NCBI GenBank assembly: GCA_030704615.1
Contig: CM060733.1
Coordinates: 32,426,001 to 32,490,000, forward strand
Length of the DNA: 64,000 nucleotides
From: Takakia lepidozioides
Lineage: Eukaryota > Plantae > Bryophyta
Direction of reading: 5' to 3'
Shown here: positions 24,371 through 35,859 of the stretch, in pieces
Numbering within the stretch: the first letter of the stretch is position 1
Layout: each line of letters begins with the position of its first letter
Translations under genes and position numbers: made by a program
Notes under the pieces: model-generated
Seen by the model: the letters and a program-made list of their open reading frames with translations, nothing else
What the model was told of the DNA's origin: nothing
Database searches by the model: none

Positions 24371-25116
24371 CTGCATACAAGGACTACACGAAGATGAGGA
24401 CTCTGTCGGCTTCCAATTGCCTCATCTCCATTGAGGGGTGCTAGTGCTTGAATGATCTTTAGCAGCTCAAATTGACCAGGTCTTCCCCAACAATCTCATG
24501 GTTTTCTGTGCATCTTCTGTGTCTTTGATTATTTGCAAGGACTCTCTCACCCCAGCCCTTTCCTTAACAATGAAGTGTCAAATTTAAGACCAAATTGGAT
24601 TTTTGACATACTCAACAGAAAGTACAACAATGTTTTTACTCCTATGGAAGTTTGGAGTGACATTGGACCAGTTCAGAAAATTATCAAGCAAGGGGCGCAA
24701 TAACATTGTCAATCAGCTTCTGAAATAGAAGTGCTCCGATGAACAAGTCCCTGGATCTTTTGCTCAGGTTGTTTGGAAGATTGAAGTGAATTCTTCCGCT
24801 GGAGGAAGGGCATCATTGGAAATCAGTTCGAAAATTCTGCTGCAAGGGGGTTGATAGGGTAGTGAGATCTTTGTACTCCCACCCTCAAGGACGGTGTGAC
24901 TGACACTGCCATCACAGACAAGTGCGCAATATGGTGTTGGATTGGGAACCTAGTCCTCGTGCAATGTATGAGGTTTAATATGCTCCCTGATATTATGTTG
25001 TTTGACTGTGGCCCATGGGCCATATTGCTTCCCGTGGCAGTTATAATTCTCCTCTTTTGCTTCATGCAATTGTCTTAAGTAACATAAACAGTTTCAAAAT
25101 TTTGAATTTCAAGACA

Positions 25117-25420
25117 TCAATATATGAAGCGAGACGTTTGTTTTGTTTTGTTTAGTTTGTTTGTTTTGTTTTGTCACGTTGAGATGTCCCAAACCGTGAG
25201 GCCCCAGCCCTGGTGCTTGGTACCATTGGATAGCAAAGTGGGCATTCCTGGACAATGGTTGGAGCCTCGACAGGAGAGATATCAAGGGAAAGGTCTCCGG
25301 TTCAAATCTGGTCGTAGGCTCTGGAGAAAAAAAATGATTAGATATGGCTTGCTTCATATATTGATAAACTTGGACTTAGATGACATTGGACACTTGGGCC
25401 AACGGCACAGGCTACCCTAG
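25117..25420 (+). mobile_element. Non-autonomous Helitron-like element
   Basis: A|TC 5' end and CTAG|T 3' end preceded by GC-rich GGGCCAACGGCACAGGC; internal (GTTTT)n; 15-bp inverted repeat ATCAATATATGAAGC (25116-25130) / GCTTCATATATTGAT (25351-25365). Confidence 0.6.
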
Positions 25421-25595
25421 TACTGATGGAAGGAGCACAAGCTTGGCGCTTGCATTCAAATATTACTAGTGGACTACTTCACCCGAGACGGTAGATCTGG
25501 GATGGGTCAATGACCACATAGAGCTCTGGATTACTCCGATGCACACTGTCGAAATGAGTTAAAAAAAGTAGAGAAAAGAGTAACACGTCTATACC

Positions 25596-25772
25596 TTTTT
25601 TCGGTTTTCCTAGAGGCTGGTGAGGCCCCCTATCCGTCTCTGCCATGGCCAAGCTGAACGCCGTCCGCTCCACAGCCTGGCCCCTCAATCTGCTGCATGA
25701 TGTGAGACCCTCGCAAGGAAGAGATAGGGTTACCACATTGCGCAGGAGAGTGGAAGCGCGCCTTGCAATCAT
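25596..25772 (-). CDS. Probable first exon with an organellar transit-peptide-like N-terminus, candidate 5' end of the PDF-PPR gene
   Basis: IARRASTLLRNVVTLSLP...SRLRGQAV is Arg/Ser-rich and acid-poor and ends at an AAG|GTATAG donor. The link to the downstream exons is inferred from strand and position only. Confidence 0.4.
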
Positions 25773-27345
25773 CTCTACCCACCCCCCCACCCCCCAATAC
25801 ACAAAAACTTCAGTAAAGGACAATTTCATAATGCAATGTTATCTCGAAAGAATTGCATTATGGAGAAGATCATGCAGCAATTGGGTAGCAGATTGAGTCA
25901 AGCCTCTTTCATCACTTTGACAACATTCAAGATATCACAGGAATTATTTCAAATATTTCAGGCAACCTTGTTGGGAACCTGACCCTGTCAGATTCAATCA
26001 GCAGATATTTTGCAAGGGTTGGAGCACACACCATCCACCAACCCATCTCTTCCCACTGAACACTGCCAGACCCTGACGTTGCATCTCCACGAAATATTTA
26101 TTCATTAAAGCTATCTATGTACCTATCCTTGGATGGACTGCCCACCAAACTCCACTTTCTATCTCAGAGCTCCCGTCTGATTTGAGAAGAAAAACCACAT
26201 TATTTCAGGTCCGACTCTACAATGAGATAATATGTTGGAGCCCGAGTCAGCTGAAACAATGAGTCCTGGATACTGAGCTCAATCTGTCTGCTTTCAGGTT
26301 TCTAAAGTAGGAAACTCGTTAATGCATGTACATATTCAGGCAGCAGCCCTCAGCATGCACGAAACAAACTGCACCTTCATTTGTCTCAGTAAAAACACCC
26401 AGACCCTGGCATGAAACGAAGACGGAGAATACTTCCATGCCCAAACTCAAACCTTACATGCGGAAATCCTTAGTGACCAGAAATGCTAGTGAAGTACTTT
26501 AAATGCCACTTGCTCGGTCTACAACCGTCTCTTCTCTGCTCGAGATGAGAGTACTGTAATGAAAATAGCAAATTGTTCTTGAGCCAATTGAAGAACATGA
26601 TTCAAAGTATCCGGGTCTACAGCTTTCCCTATGACAACAACCCAGGATCTTGCTTGGGTAGCGAGTGAAGTCGGCATTACGTGTACAGGTGTTGTACCCA
26701 TACCCATCTACTGCATCCTCTGTTTTTATGGCATTCCAATACTTGCACACAATCGGCAGCGGAGGGTATCATTGACTCATTATTGCTGGAGGGTGTTTCA
26801 GAAGGACATCGTCTCTAGCACAAACCTGATATGCAAGTCCCAATTTCGTGGGTGCAGGAGTGGTGCTATTCATTGCATACTGAGCATTTTCGAGACAAAC
26901 TGCACGCCATATCTTTTGTGTGCTTGCTGTGAAATTGCAGCATGTTTGGCGTCTCGGCCACCGTCACGAATAGATTAGCCAACCCTAGGCTCCGAAGCTC
27001 AGAAGCTGTCCTTCAGCATTCCTTCTCGCTCCGCTTTGTGATCGACACGTTATGACCATGGTTCTATTTGGGATGCATAGAATTCATGGTGAGGTACGGT
27101 AAGATTTGCAAATAAAAAAAACAGACAAGTGGAATTTGGACCATGATGTGCTTTCAAAGCTTGTCTACTATACAGCTGTCCTCTAGGGAATGTTAATACG
27201 TGCCTCTATACTATGTACGAACACCTTTGGTCAATGTGAATGTTCAAAGTAACAGTGAAGACACTTGGTGATTTTTACAGGTAGCAGAGTCTCTTGATAA
27301 AGGATCATGTCTTGAGACACTGTATGTCACTGCTGTAAGAAAGAC

Positions 27346-28181
27346 TGTTGGAAGTAATTAAACATATCTAGAAGACTAAGAGTCTTGAAGGCCAAAGGTT
27401 TAGAAGTCTAAGAGACTATCTTGTTTAACTCACCTTTGGAAGGTGAATGGCTAGAAGGTGGATGGTCACCATAGTGGAAGTGGAAGTGATCAAGTAGGAC
27501 TTTCTAAAGACCTTCTTGTACAAGCTCGGGGGTGAAGCCACTAGTCTAAGTGTAAGAGTATGATGGTGGTTTCTATGGTTGGGAGGAGAGCTTTAGTTTT
27601 AGCTTTAGTCTAAGACTTTAGTTCTTGTTCATGTTCTTGCTCAATTCTAACATGGTATCAGAGCCATTCTTCTCTAGGTGAGAGTTGGTAGTTGAGATTG
27701 AGAGAACTTGATAATGGCTGGAGCGTCGTCTTCTAGCAATCCTCCTTCTATGTCTATGACGAGTGCATTAGATGTGAGAGTGGAAGATTGATTCAATAGA
27801 GCTAACTATCAAACCTGGAAGTTTAGGATGGAGATGGTTCTTCTAGACAAAGATCTATGGGGAGTGGTTGATGGATCAGTCCCAAGACCTGACATTATTG
27901 TTGGCCAAGCCATATGGGATAGGAAAGATCAGAAAGCAAGAGCTAGCATCATCACAAGCTTGAGAGACAATCAGTTGCATCTCATTATAAGTGCTAAGAA
28001 TGCTAAGGATGTTTGGCACAAACTAGCAAGCATATATGAGACGAAGGATGTGACATCGCAAGTGTATGCGACGCAAAAGTTCTATGGTCTGAAGATGACC
28101 GAGTCAGACTCAGTTGAACAACACTTGAATTTGTTTTGTGTGTTACGAGATCAACTAGTCTCTGTGGGAACTAATGTGACT
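27346..28181 (+). mobile_element. Ty1/copia 5' part: full LTR (27346-27652), tRNA-iMet PBS, gag N-terminus
   Basis: LTR TGTTGG...CTAACA; PBS TGGTATCAGAGC at 27653; gag NYQTWKFRMEMVL...LWGVVDG...WDRKDQKA...LVSVGTNVT, truncated at 28181. Confidence 0.92.
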
Positions 28182-29270
28182 TGACTGGGGCATAATAGTA
28201 TTCATTCCACAACTTCTCCTCATCTTTGTTACTTGTTTTTTGATACTTTCCTGTTGTCACATTGGCAGTATCATGTCAAAGTCACTCCAAACTAGATTCA
28301 CTCAACCAGCTAACTTGCAGAATTCAACATGGAAATTTAGGGCCGATTCTGGATAGAGGGAAAAACAAGGTGAAATGTGTTGAATAAGATGTCTTCATTA
28401 GCAGTGTCTGATTTTATAAATTGTGTCGCTGCTGCCAGTTGACCATCTACCCATGCAGGTTTGTTGTAGCTATAGAGTCAATCTGGAGCTTGATTAGCAG
28501 CTGACAGTGACGGTGTGAAGTTCTTCCATAAAACACCCCAACCTAGGACTTAACAGTAGTTCCAATTTTGAATTGCAACTGCTTCTCTCTGTAGTCGAAC
28601 AAGCACTCACATTTTTGTCTCCATTGTCCCCCCCACTGACTGGGGTCGGGAAGTGTTCATCCCAAAGCTTCTCTTTGTCTTGTTATCTGTTTTTGGGTAC
28701 TTTCCTACTGCCACATCAGCAGTAACTTGTCAAAGTCACTCCAAACCACCCCACATCCACCCAACGAGCTAACTTACAGCGTTCAATATGCAAATTCAGG
28801 GCTGGGTCTGATGAGAGGGAAAAATAGGCTGAAATAGGTTGAAGAAGAAGGTGCCCTCACCACATTGTCCTCAACCTTGTGTCATGACCCATGGAGGATT
28901 TGACTGACCATGCACCCAAGATGACCTCTTGTGTGTGCGAGGTGTGTGCTGCTTCCACAGGGAATTGCGATCTGGAGCTTGAAATCCGGCCCTCTTGGAT
29001 GAATCTGGACCCACACTGCTCACTGCTCCTTCAGCTAACCATGCCTCTACACAAATCATGCATACATCCTTGCCTTGATGCCAGCAGCTGACAATAACAC
29101 TCTAGAATTGTTCCAGCAAACACCCCAACCCTACTTATCACACTAGTTACTATGCTGACTTGCGTCTGCTTCCAACAGGCATTCACCTTTTTGCCTGGAT
29201 TGTTCCACCATTGACTGGGGTCGGAACCGTATTCATTCCACAGCTTCTCCACATCTCTATTATTTGTTTT
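28182..29270 (-). pseudogene. Tandem degenerate OSB/PDF units (about three)
   Basis: EKLWNEYGSDPSQWWNNPGKK|gt (~29186-29252), IHPRGPDFKLQ (~28970-29003), EKLWDEHF (~28650-28680), SYNKPAWVDGQL (~28437-28472), DEEKLWNEYY..PSQ (28182-28225). Confidence 0.75.
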
Positions 29271-29289
29271 TCGATACTTTCCTGTCGAT

Positions 29290-30223
29290 ACTTTCTTGAC
29301 TGGGGTCGTCTACAGTGAAAGGTCGTAGAGACGTTTAAGATATATTGGCGCTTTCGGATATTTGGGCCATTCAGCACTGAACATATGTCTATGCTTCACG
29401 TAGTTCTCATTGCTGAATTCCATGACCTTGTAAAACCTTCTTCCAAACAAAGCCAGCCCTATATCCGGACATTTTCTAACGGTCCAGTGTTCCAAAAGTA
29501 GACCTCAAAATGCTTAAGGACCCATTTCAGGAAGTCGTCCAACCCATTTCGGACTGTAAGCTTGAATTTTCCAGCGCACACACAAGGATGGGTCGCGGGA
29601 GGGGATGTCGGGCCATCTCGGAGGTAAACCTCACCAAGGTAACCGACATCAAGAACCAGGACGTAGTATCCTGGTCGAGATCCTTTCGGTCCCTCAGAGA
29701 GGCGATACCAATCCAGTGGGTTCACAGATTTGTGATAGTCGATCGGAGGGTGAATCATATCATCATGTGGAATAACAGAACAATTAATTTATTTTGAAAA
29801 CTAGAAGAAGGAGAAAGAAGAACATAGCTAAGATGGTTATGAGGTATATACCCGTTTCGGGGAGGGGTTCCGAATTTGCTGCTGTTGCTGCTCGCTCTCT
29901 TTTCCTTCACGGTGAGCAACGACCATCTCCGGCTCATCTCCTCCATCTCGCAACGTCGACTGGGCAGTGGAGGTTGTTTGTTTGACCGGATCAGTTGGGC
30001 TGGCCCTTATTGTTAAGTCCACCTGCCTCCTCACTGTTTGAGTCGCAATGGATTATGTCCGGGTTTGTGTGATTTCCTCCAATTTCGGTTCATGGATCTA
30101 TACGAGTTTTCTTACCGTCAGTCACATGTAAAGTTCAAGAAGATGAGAAATATTAAGATACAGATCAGGTATTGCCAAAAACACAACCAGAACACAACCA
30201 GATGCAATACACACAATTTGTTC
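29290..30223 (-). pseudogene. Distal exons of the unknown multi-exon gene interrupted by the Ty3 insertion
   Basis: Minus-strand ORF pieces at 29310-29758 and 29837-30034; contains the 24-bp palindrome (29952-29975) that is also found right of the Ty3 element. Confidence 0.45.
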
Positions 30224-30227
30224 CATT

Positions 30228-30583
30228 TGTCAAGTTAAATAAACACAGTGTGAAACTAACTAGAATAAAGTTAGTTATTTGTATTTAACACTTGGATTTA
30301 GTTCAAGTGTTAAGTCAGGTGTCAAGTTTAGCTTGATACCTGAACCATCTTATCTTCACGAGAGCGTCAGTCGTGCGGCTCATCTCTCTCGAGTTGAGCC
30401 TGCACGACCGAGCTCCCTCGCTGCTTAGCATCTGAGTGTACTTATGGAGGGAGAGTAGGATGTTGTGGGGTGGAGTCCCCATAGCTTGGGGTGCCCCTGG
30501 CTCGACTCTTATTTTAACGAGTGATTGTATTGTATTTCTTGTTTTGTGTCAACAGAGACAGTGTGAGTTTAGTTTTCATATCA
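30228..30583 (+). repeat. Terminal repeat X1 (356 bp)
   Basis: Matches 40354-40709 with about 6 substitutions by eye. Confidence 0.95.
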
Positions 30584-30597
30584 CTCGAGAGAGATGA
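30583..30597 (+). promoter_or_regulatory. Self-priming PBS-like site
   Basis: ACTCGAGAGAGATGA is the exact reverse complement of TCATCTCTCTCGAGT (30380-30394) inside the LTR; no TGG tRNA PBS is present. Confidence 0.75.
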
Positions 30598-30958
30598 ATT
30601 TGCATCTGTGAGTGCTAGAGGTGAGTTTAGTTTTAGAACTTGTGGTTTTTGTTTTGAAAGTGAGAGAAGAAAATTATGGTGGTCTGTAGATTATGTTTGT
30701 GACAAGCTGGTTGGAGACAGAGAAGTGATTATCTGTGTTCAGGTAATCTTTAGTTAGAAAGATGTCAAGTTTGGCCACTGGAGCGATGGTTAGAAAGCGC
30801 GGTGAAGCCTTCTATTGTCTATCAGCTTTATCATCGTTGTTGCCATCATAAGGCTGACTTAAGTTGCCAACGGTGTGTCTGGCCAAAGTTGGCACGACTG
30901 GTTTATGAAGGGAAACCACGGACAGCCTGCCTGACCGTGGAGCTGCAAATAAGATAAT

Positions 30959-31306
30959 CTATATTGAGTGAGGTTTCTGGATCGAAGGCCGAAAGATGTG
31001 TAGTGTGCCAGCAACAGGAGTAGTCGAATTGGACAAATAGCAACCAGATATCTTGAGAGGTTGTTCATTCGGTGCCAAGCCTAATGTTTGTCTGTACACT
31101 CCTTCGAAACCTCCTTCCGTCAGTAGTCTGGTTACGTAAGTAATCCTTCCCCAGGCAGAGTCTGTCATAGAGGGCCCAGCTCGTAAGTGGCCCAGACATC
31201 TTCCAGCCGTATGCATACAGATGGTCAAGCTCTCAACTATGTGATCTTTGGGACGAGTCCTTTCCAACTGCGAGCTGCTATATGGACTACTTGGCTGCCC
31301 CCCCAA
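30959..31306 (-). pseudogene. GEM: Captured GEM-like/GRAM-domain gene fragment
   Basis: HLRAGPSMTDSAWGRI...LLTEGGFEGVYRQT...LKISGCYLSNSTTPVAGTL matches the recalled GEM/FIP1 family consensus (HLKTGPS..DAA.GRI...EGG.EKIFRQTF...CYLST..GPV.G.L). Confidence 0.8.
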
Positions 31307-31943
31307 ACAGGAGGGAGGGGCAACAAAGCCAGTCGGCTGTTCATCGACATGTAAGATGCTCTCATACTCCGGAGCTCCATGAGCGGGCTAAGATGCGGCC
31401 AATTAATATTGCAGGGAGTCGAATTGCGATTAGCAGACTCTTCCATAACTGGAGCTCCAAAACCTGGTGCAAAGGGGTCGAACTCTGCTGTTGATTGCTA
31501 ATATTTGGGTATGACACAAAATCACTTGAAAGTGGACTAGGCATGTGGCGTGCGGCTGATCAATTCTGTAGTTCATGGTCTCCTCAAATCATTTTCGAAC
31601 TCGTGACTATGTGTGAATGAGAATGGGGCGTGGTTTGTTCAAAGTTGAATATTGGTGGAAGAGATCGTGCTAGCATCCATCTAAGCTGCTATGGGGCTGT
31701 TACAGGATCTTTAACAAGAGCAGCAGCCATGAGAGAGCTAAATGGAGCAAGCCGTCGTTTCATTTTCATTAATCAAGCTCGATATGGTATCGGCACCAAT
31801 GGAGGACGAATAGCTAGCTCCATCGACGAACCGGCCTGCAATGGTGGAGCTGCAAACAGAATTAGCTTTGATAAGAATTGATGTTGATGGTCTGATGTAC
31901 CTGGCCCACTCGCCGTGGCTGGGATACTTAGTCATGGTCTTGT

Positions 31944-32414
31944 TCAAAATGGCTGAGGGAGAAAGACGATTGTGCGTTGAGGACCGGCAATCCCTACACA
32001 ACAACCCCAAAAATTAAGACCTCCAATCTCACGATGCTGCCATCCAAACAAGAAGCCGGACAAGTTGAGTGCAACGAAAGGCACCAGTAGAGCTTTCAGC
32101 AGGTTGATATGCCAGTTTGTTTTGTCCAGGATCAGCAAATACACAACAACAATGGACGCAAACCTCTGGAGAGTCTCTGTCAATTTGAAGGCAGCCCCAA
32201 TATCGGCAGCGATATGCACGCCCAAGCTACGGAGAGCCTGACCCGAGACGTGCATATCGAAAGCCATACTTTTTGCACCGACGCTCCGCATGAGGTCACA
32301 TTCAGTGCGAATCCTCGTAGACCTGCCTGCATTGCTACACGATTCATGTGAAACTGAAGACCTCGGGTATCTGTTGCTGCGTACTCTCCAAATTAGAACG
32401 AGCAAGATGACCAT
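31944..32414 (-). pseudogene. COR413: Captured COR413 (WCOR413) cold-acclimation gene fragment
   Basis: LQRFASIVVVYLLILDKTNWHINLLKALLVPFVALNL matches the recalled COR413-PM motif YLLILDRTNW.TN.LT.LLVPY. Confidence 0.82.
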
Positions 32415-32914
32415 GCTTGCGGGAAGCAGCTAGCACGATCGTGGTCACATGTTCCAAAGATGACCAGTAGGGAACTCAGGGAACTGGGAACCAGTGACCA
32501 GGTACTTTGGGTGTAGTTTAATTTTTTTATTAAAAAAATCCCTCTATGATCAAATTTAAATTTTATAGAGCCTGGTTGGTCATATCTTTGTCAAATGAGC
32601 TCCGTTTGACTCAGTTTTTGGGGGGATAGCTGCAGAAAGGGGAAATCTATGTATCTAGACCTGGTTTTAGTTTTTTGGACTCTGCTAAAAATCTATGGAA
32701 TTTTTTGAGTGTGAATGTGCTATGAAAGATCCACAATTCTGTTTCTAGAACCTGTTGTGGTCTACATGAGAGACAAATCTGGGGATGTCCCCCTTGTATG
32801 GCTGGGGGAAATGAGGACGTAATTGAAGGGCAGGTCTCTTCTCTTAGCCTGTGCACACAAGGGGACAAGATTTATGTTTCTCAAGGAACTCAGACTGATT
32901 AGAGTGGAGAGCAG

Positions 32915-34300
32915 TTGGACGAGTTGATTGCATACTGGGAGTCAGGCATTAGCAATAGACAACAAACTGCTGTAGTTGGCGTTGAGGGCCTCAATATTGC
33001 TTTGGACAATGAGAACTCTGTTGGAGCAAGCAGTTCTGCTGCAGTAGGTGAAATACCAAAGTGGGTGGAAGCTAGGCTTGGAACACAGCCAAAGACAGCC
33101 CCGGGGACCAAGGTGTTTAGCCACAAGGCCGTGGTGTACTGGAGCAGAGGAGCAGGAGCTACACAAGTTTTTGCAGCCGGACACCCTGCCCTCCACACGA
33201 GGCAACCACGAGCATTAGCAATGAAAAGTTTGTTCTGCTTGAAGGAGATGCAATCATTCGCAATGAGGACACTCGCAACCGTCTCAAAGCTTTCAAGTTG
33301 AGAGACTGTTAGACCCTACCTTTATTTTCTTTAGTGTTCAGTGAGCGGGAGATAGGGGAGTATTGCTTTGTCTCTACCTGGCAGAGAGAGGAGGAGGGTT
33401 GGTTAGAGCGAGCTACTGTAGCTTGGGATAAGGTTAGTAACAGGTTTCTGGACATAGATATACCTCCTACACCTTACTATCATGCAGAGCGAGGCACTTT
33501 GAGAGAAGTCTGGCAGTTGATAGCATAGATCAAGATTAGATCTTGCTTGGTCGGGCCTCTATTCTTCCCCTCCATCTTTTTACTATTTTCATTACTTTGT
33601 ACTTGTAGTTGTCAAAGCCTCTCTTGGTGGAGGCCAGTCAGTCCGGGGTTTTGGGCTGGGATATTCTGCAGGATCAGCACTGCAGATGGATTTTGGTGTG
33701 GGGGTGTTGTTGTTTTGATTTCTTGTGTTTGGATCCCCCCCAACGCCTGCATGCTTGACTATGCGCCATGTTGGTTTTGTGTGGGCGCTTGCTTTCATAG
33801 GGATTAGGCCGGATTTGATCACCGGTCAATCCTAGAGTATGTTGTCGGTGGTGAGGCTGGAGTGATGACCAGCAAGACCACCAATGTTTCTTCTATGGTG
33901 AGACTGGGTTGATGACTAGCCAACCATAGGAGTTCTTGCGGTGGATGCAGGTGCAGGTGCCCTGAGCCACTGGGATATGACCCAAATTCCATGGAGCTTA
34001 CAGAGGACCTCAGGTGCAGAGGCCAGTAGCATCTTTTGCAACCCAGCAGCAACCAGGGGTGATATGTTGGACATGTAGAGGACCTCATGTCAAGAAAGAT
34101 TGCCTAGAGAGTGGCAAAAGGCCGGCACAAGCACAGCCTGCACAGTTGCAGTGTGGGCATTGTGGCAAGTATGGGCATGGAGATGCCCAGTGTTATGACT
34201 TGCACCTTGAGTTGCGGCAAGGCCAGTTCCAAGGGAACTATGGTGCCCGAGGACGAGGTGGAGCACCTCAGAGAGGACGAGGTGGTCAGGCATGAGGTGT
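32915..34300 (+). pseudogene. Ty3 gag, degenerate
   Basis: Zn knuckles CWTCRGPHVKKDC and CGHCGKYGHGDAQC followed by an RG-rich stretch; the upstream ORF pieces are broken. Confidence 0.7.
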
Positions 34301-34534
34301 GAGACGAGGGCAAGCACAGTATGGCCAAGGACATGGAGGTCAGGGCGTTGACCAAGGCATGGCAACCGGCTTCAGCAACTAGAGCAGAGGCTTGCTGCCA
34401 TGGCCACAGCTCAGGTGGTATCAGCTCCAAGACCTGAGGGTCCACCTCCTGTTCCTCCTCAGCAGCGTCATCCTGACGGAGGAGACAAAGGAGGCATGGG
34501 ATTTATGTGTGGGGCAGCACTACCACTAGTGTAG

Positions 34535-35545
34535 GTGGAGTCTGCTGCAGCCGTCACTCGAGGAGCAGCACGAGTTCCTGAGCCACGAGGTGCAGAGGTG
34601 AAGTTAGATCCACAGCGTGGGAAGGCAAGCCGTCAGGCTAGGTTGCCTCAATCATTCATCTTGGGAGAGACAGTGTCGACGACATCCATGGCACCTAGTT
34701 CTCGCCCGACAGATAAAGAGGCCGTTATTGTGCCATTGGGGAGAGCTACACGTACAGCACTAGCACCGGCTGCCAAGGCTAGTGCAACCAGTGTGTTGTT
34801 GGGGGCAGCCACCTCTGTGTGTCAAGCCCCACTGTTCTTGGCAACCATGATCGCGACGCCGGGGATAAGACCAGCTGTAGTGTTCAGACTAGCAGCAACA
34901 CTCTGCGAGAGTGGGGAGGTCACTTCATCTTTTGCGGAGTTAGTGGAAGGTATAGTGGCAGAGGGATCCTTGGATTTGAGGGTCAAGACTACCACGGCTG
35001 CGCCATGGCAAGCTGCAGCTGCCAGGTTGACAGAGCTGCCAGCTAGGCCAGCCTTTGAATGCGCAATGGTGACACCTGGCGTTGTCTTGTTAGACAACCA
35101 GGATGGCATTTTCTCTTTGAGTGGACCGGCAAGCAAGAGATACCGGCCACTGCGGGTCTTGTTAGACTCGGGAGCTCAGTCACTGATGTTGGGCAGAGCT
35201 GCTATTGCAGGTTTGGGCCTCATGGAAGCGGATATGGAGCCTTGTCCTTTCCAGATACATACATCTCTGGGAGGATCAGAGCAGGCTCGGGGCATGACAC
35301 GGCGTGAGTTGGTCATTAGACTACAGCTGGATCATCCTATAGATGGCTCAGTGATGCGAGCCAAGGCCATTGTGACAGATGCGGTCTCTTACGATGTCCT
35401 CGTTGGTGGGGCAATGGTATATCCCATGGGCTTCACCCTGGATTTTTGGGATGAGTCAATATCCTACATGCCTGGATGGCAGTCAGGGGATGGTCGTCGT
35501 GTACAACTCCCTGTGACCTTCATTGGGGGTGTTGCTGCTGCCTAG
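34535..35545 (+). pseudogene. Ty3 aspartic protease region
   Basis: VLLDSGAQSLM and YDVLVG motifs. Confidence 0.85.
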
Positions 35546-35859
35546 CGGGGCAAGATGCCAACACTAGCAGCCTTCACAGCTGCAGTTAGTTGGCCTGGAG
35601 AGTTGCTGGAGGGCAATGCCCATGCAGAGGATGTGCCACTTCCAGCAGAGCAGGATGACATGCATGGTACGACGGAGTTGCCTGCCATGGTTGCTCACAC
35701 TTCATTGTGGGGTACGAGCAAGGATTTGTAACAGGCTACTGACAGGTGCAACAAGCCTGGTTAGAGGCCTTCGTACCGTCAGGAGAGGAGGAGAGTGCGG
35801 TGATTGCACCAGGACCACCTCAGTTGTCCCGCTAGGCAAGATGTGGCAGTGCCCGGATG

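Noticed and set aside
25285-25325. tRNA gene suggested by GGTTCAAATC
   Set aside because: Only a B-box-like word inside a Helitron-like repeat; no cloverleaf.
26460-27000. Coding-like minus-strand remnant (LGLAYQV..DDVL, prenyltransferase-like)
   Set aside because: Short similarity with multiple stops; the family cannot be supported.
30224-30228. 5-bp TSD CATTT
   Set aside because: It would consume the terminal T of TGTC; the 4-bp CATT fits the internal copy and the inverted ends better, though some ambiguity remains.
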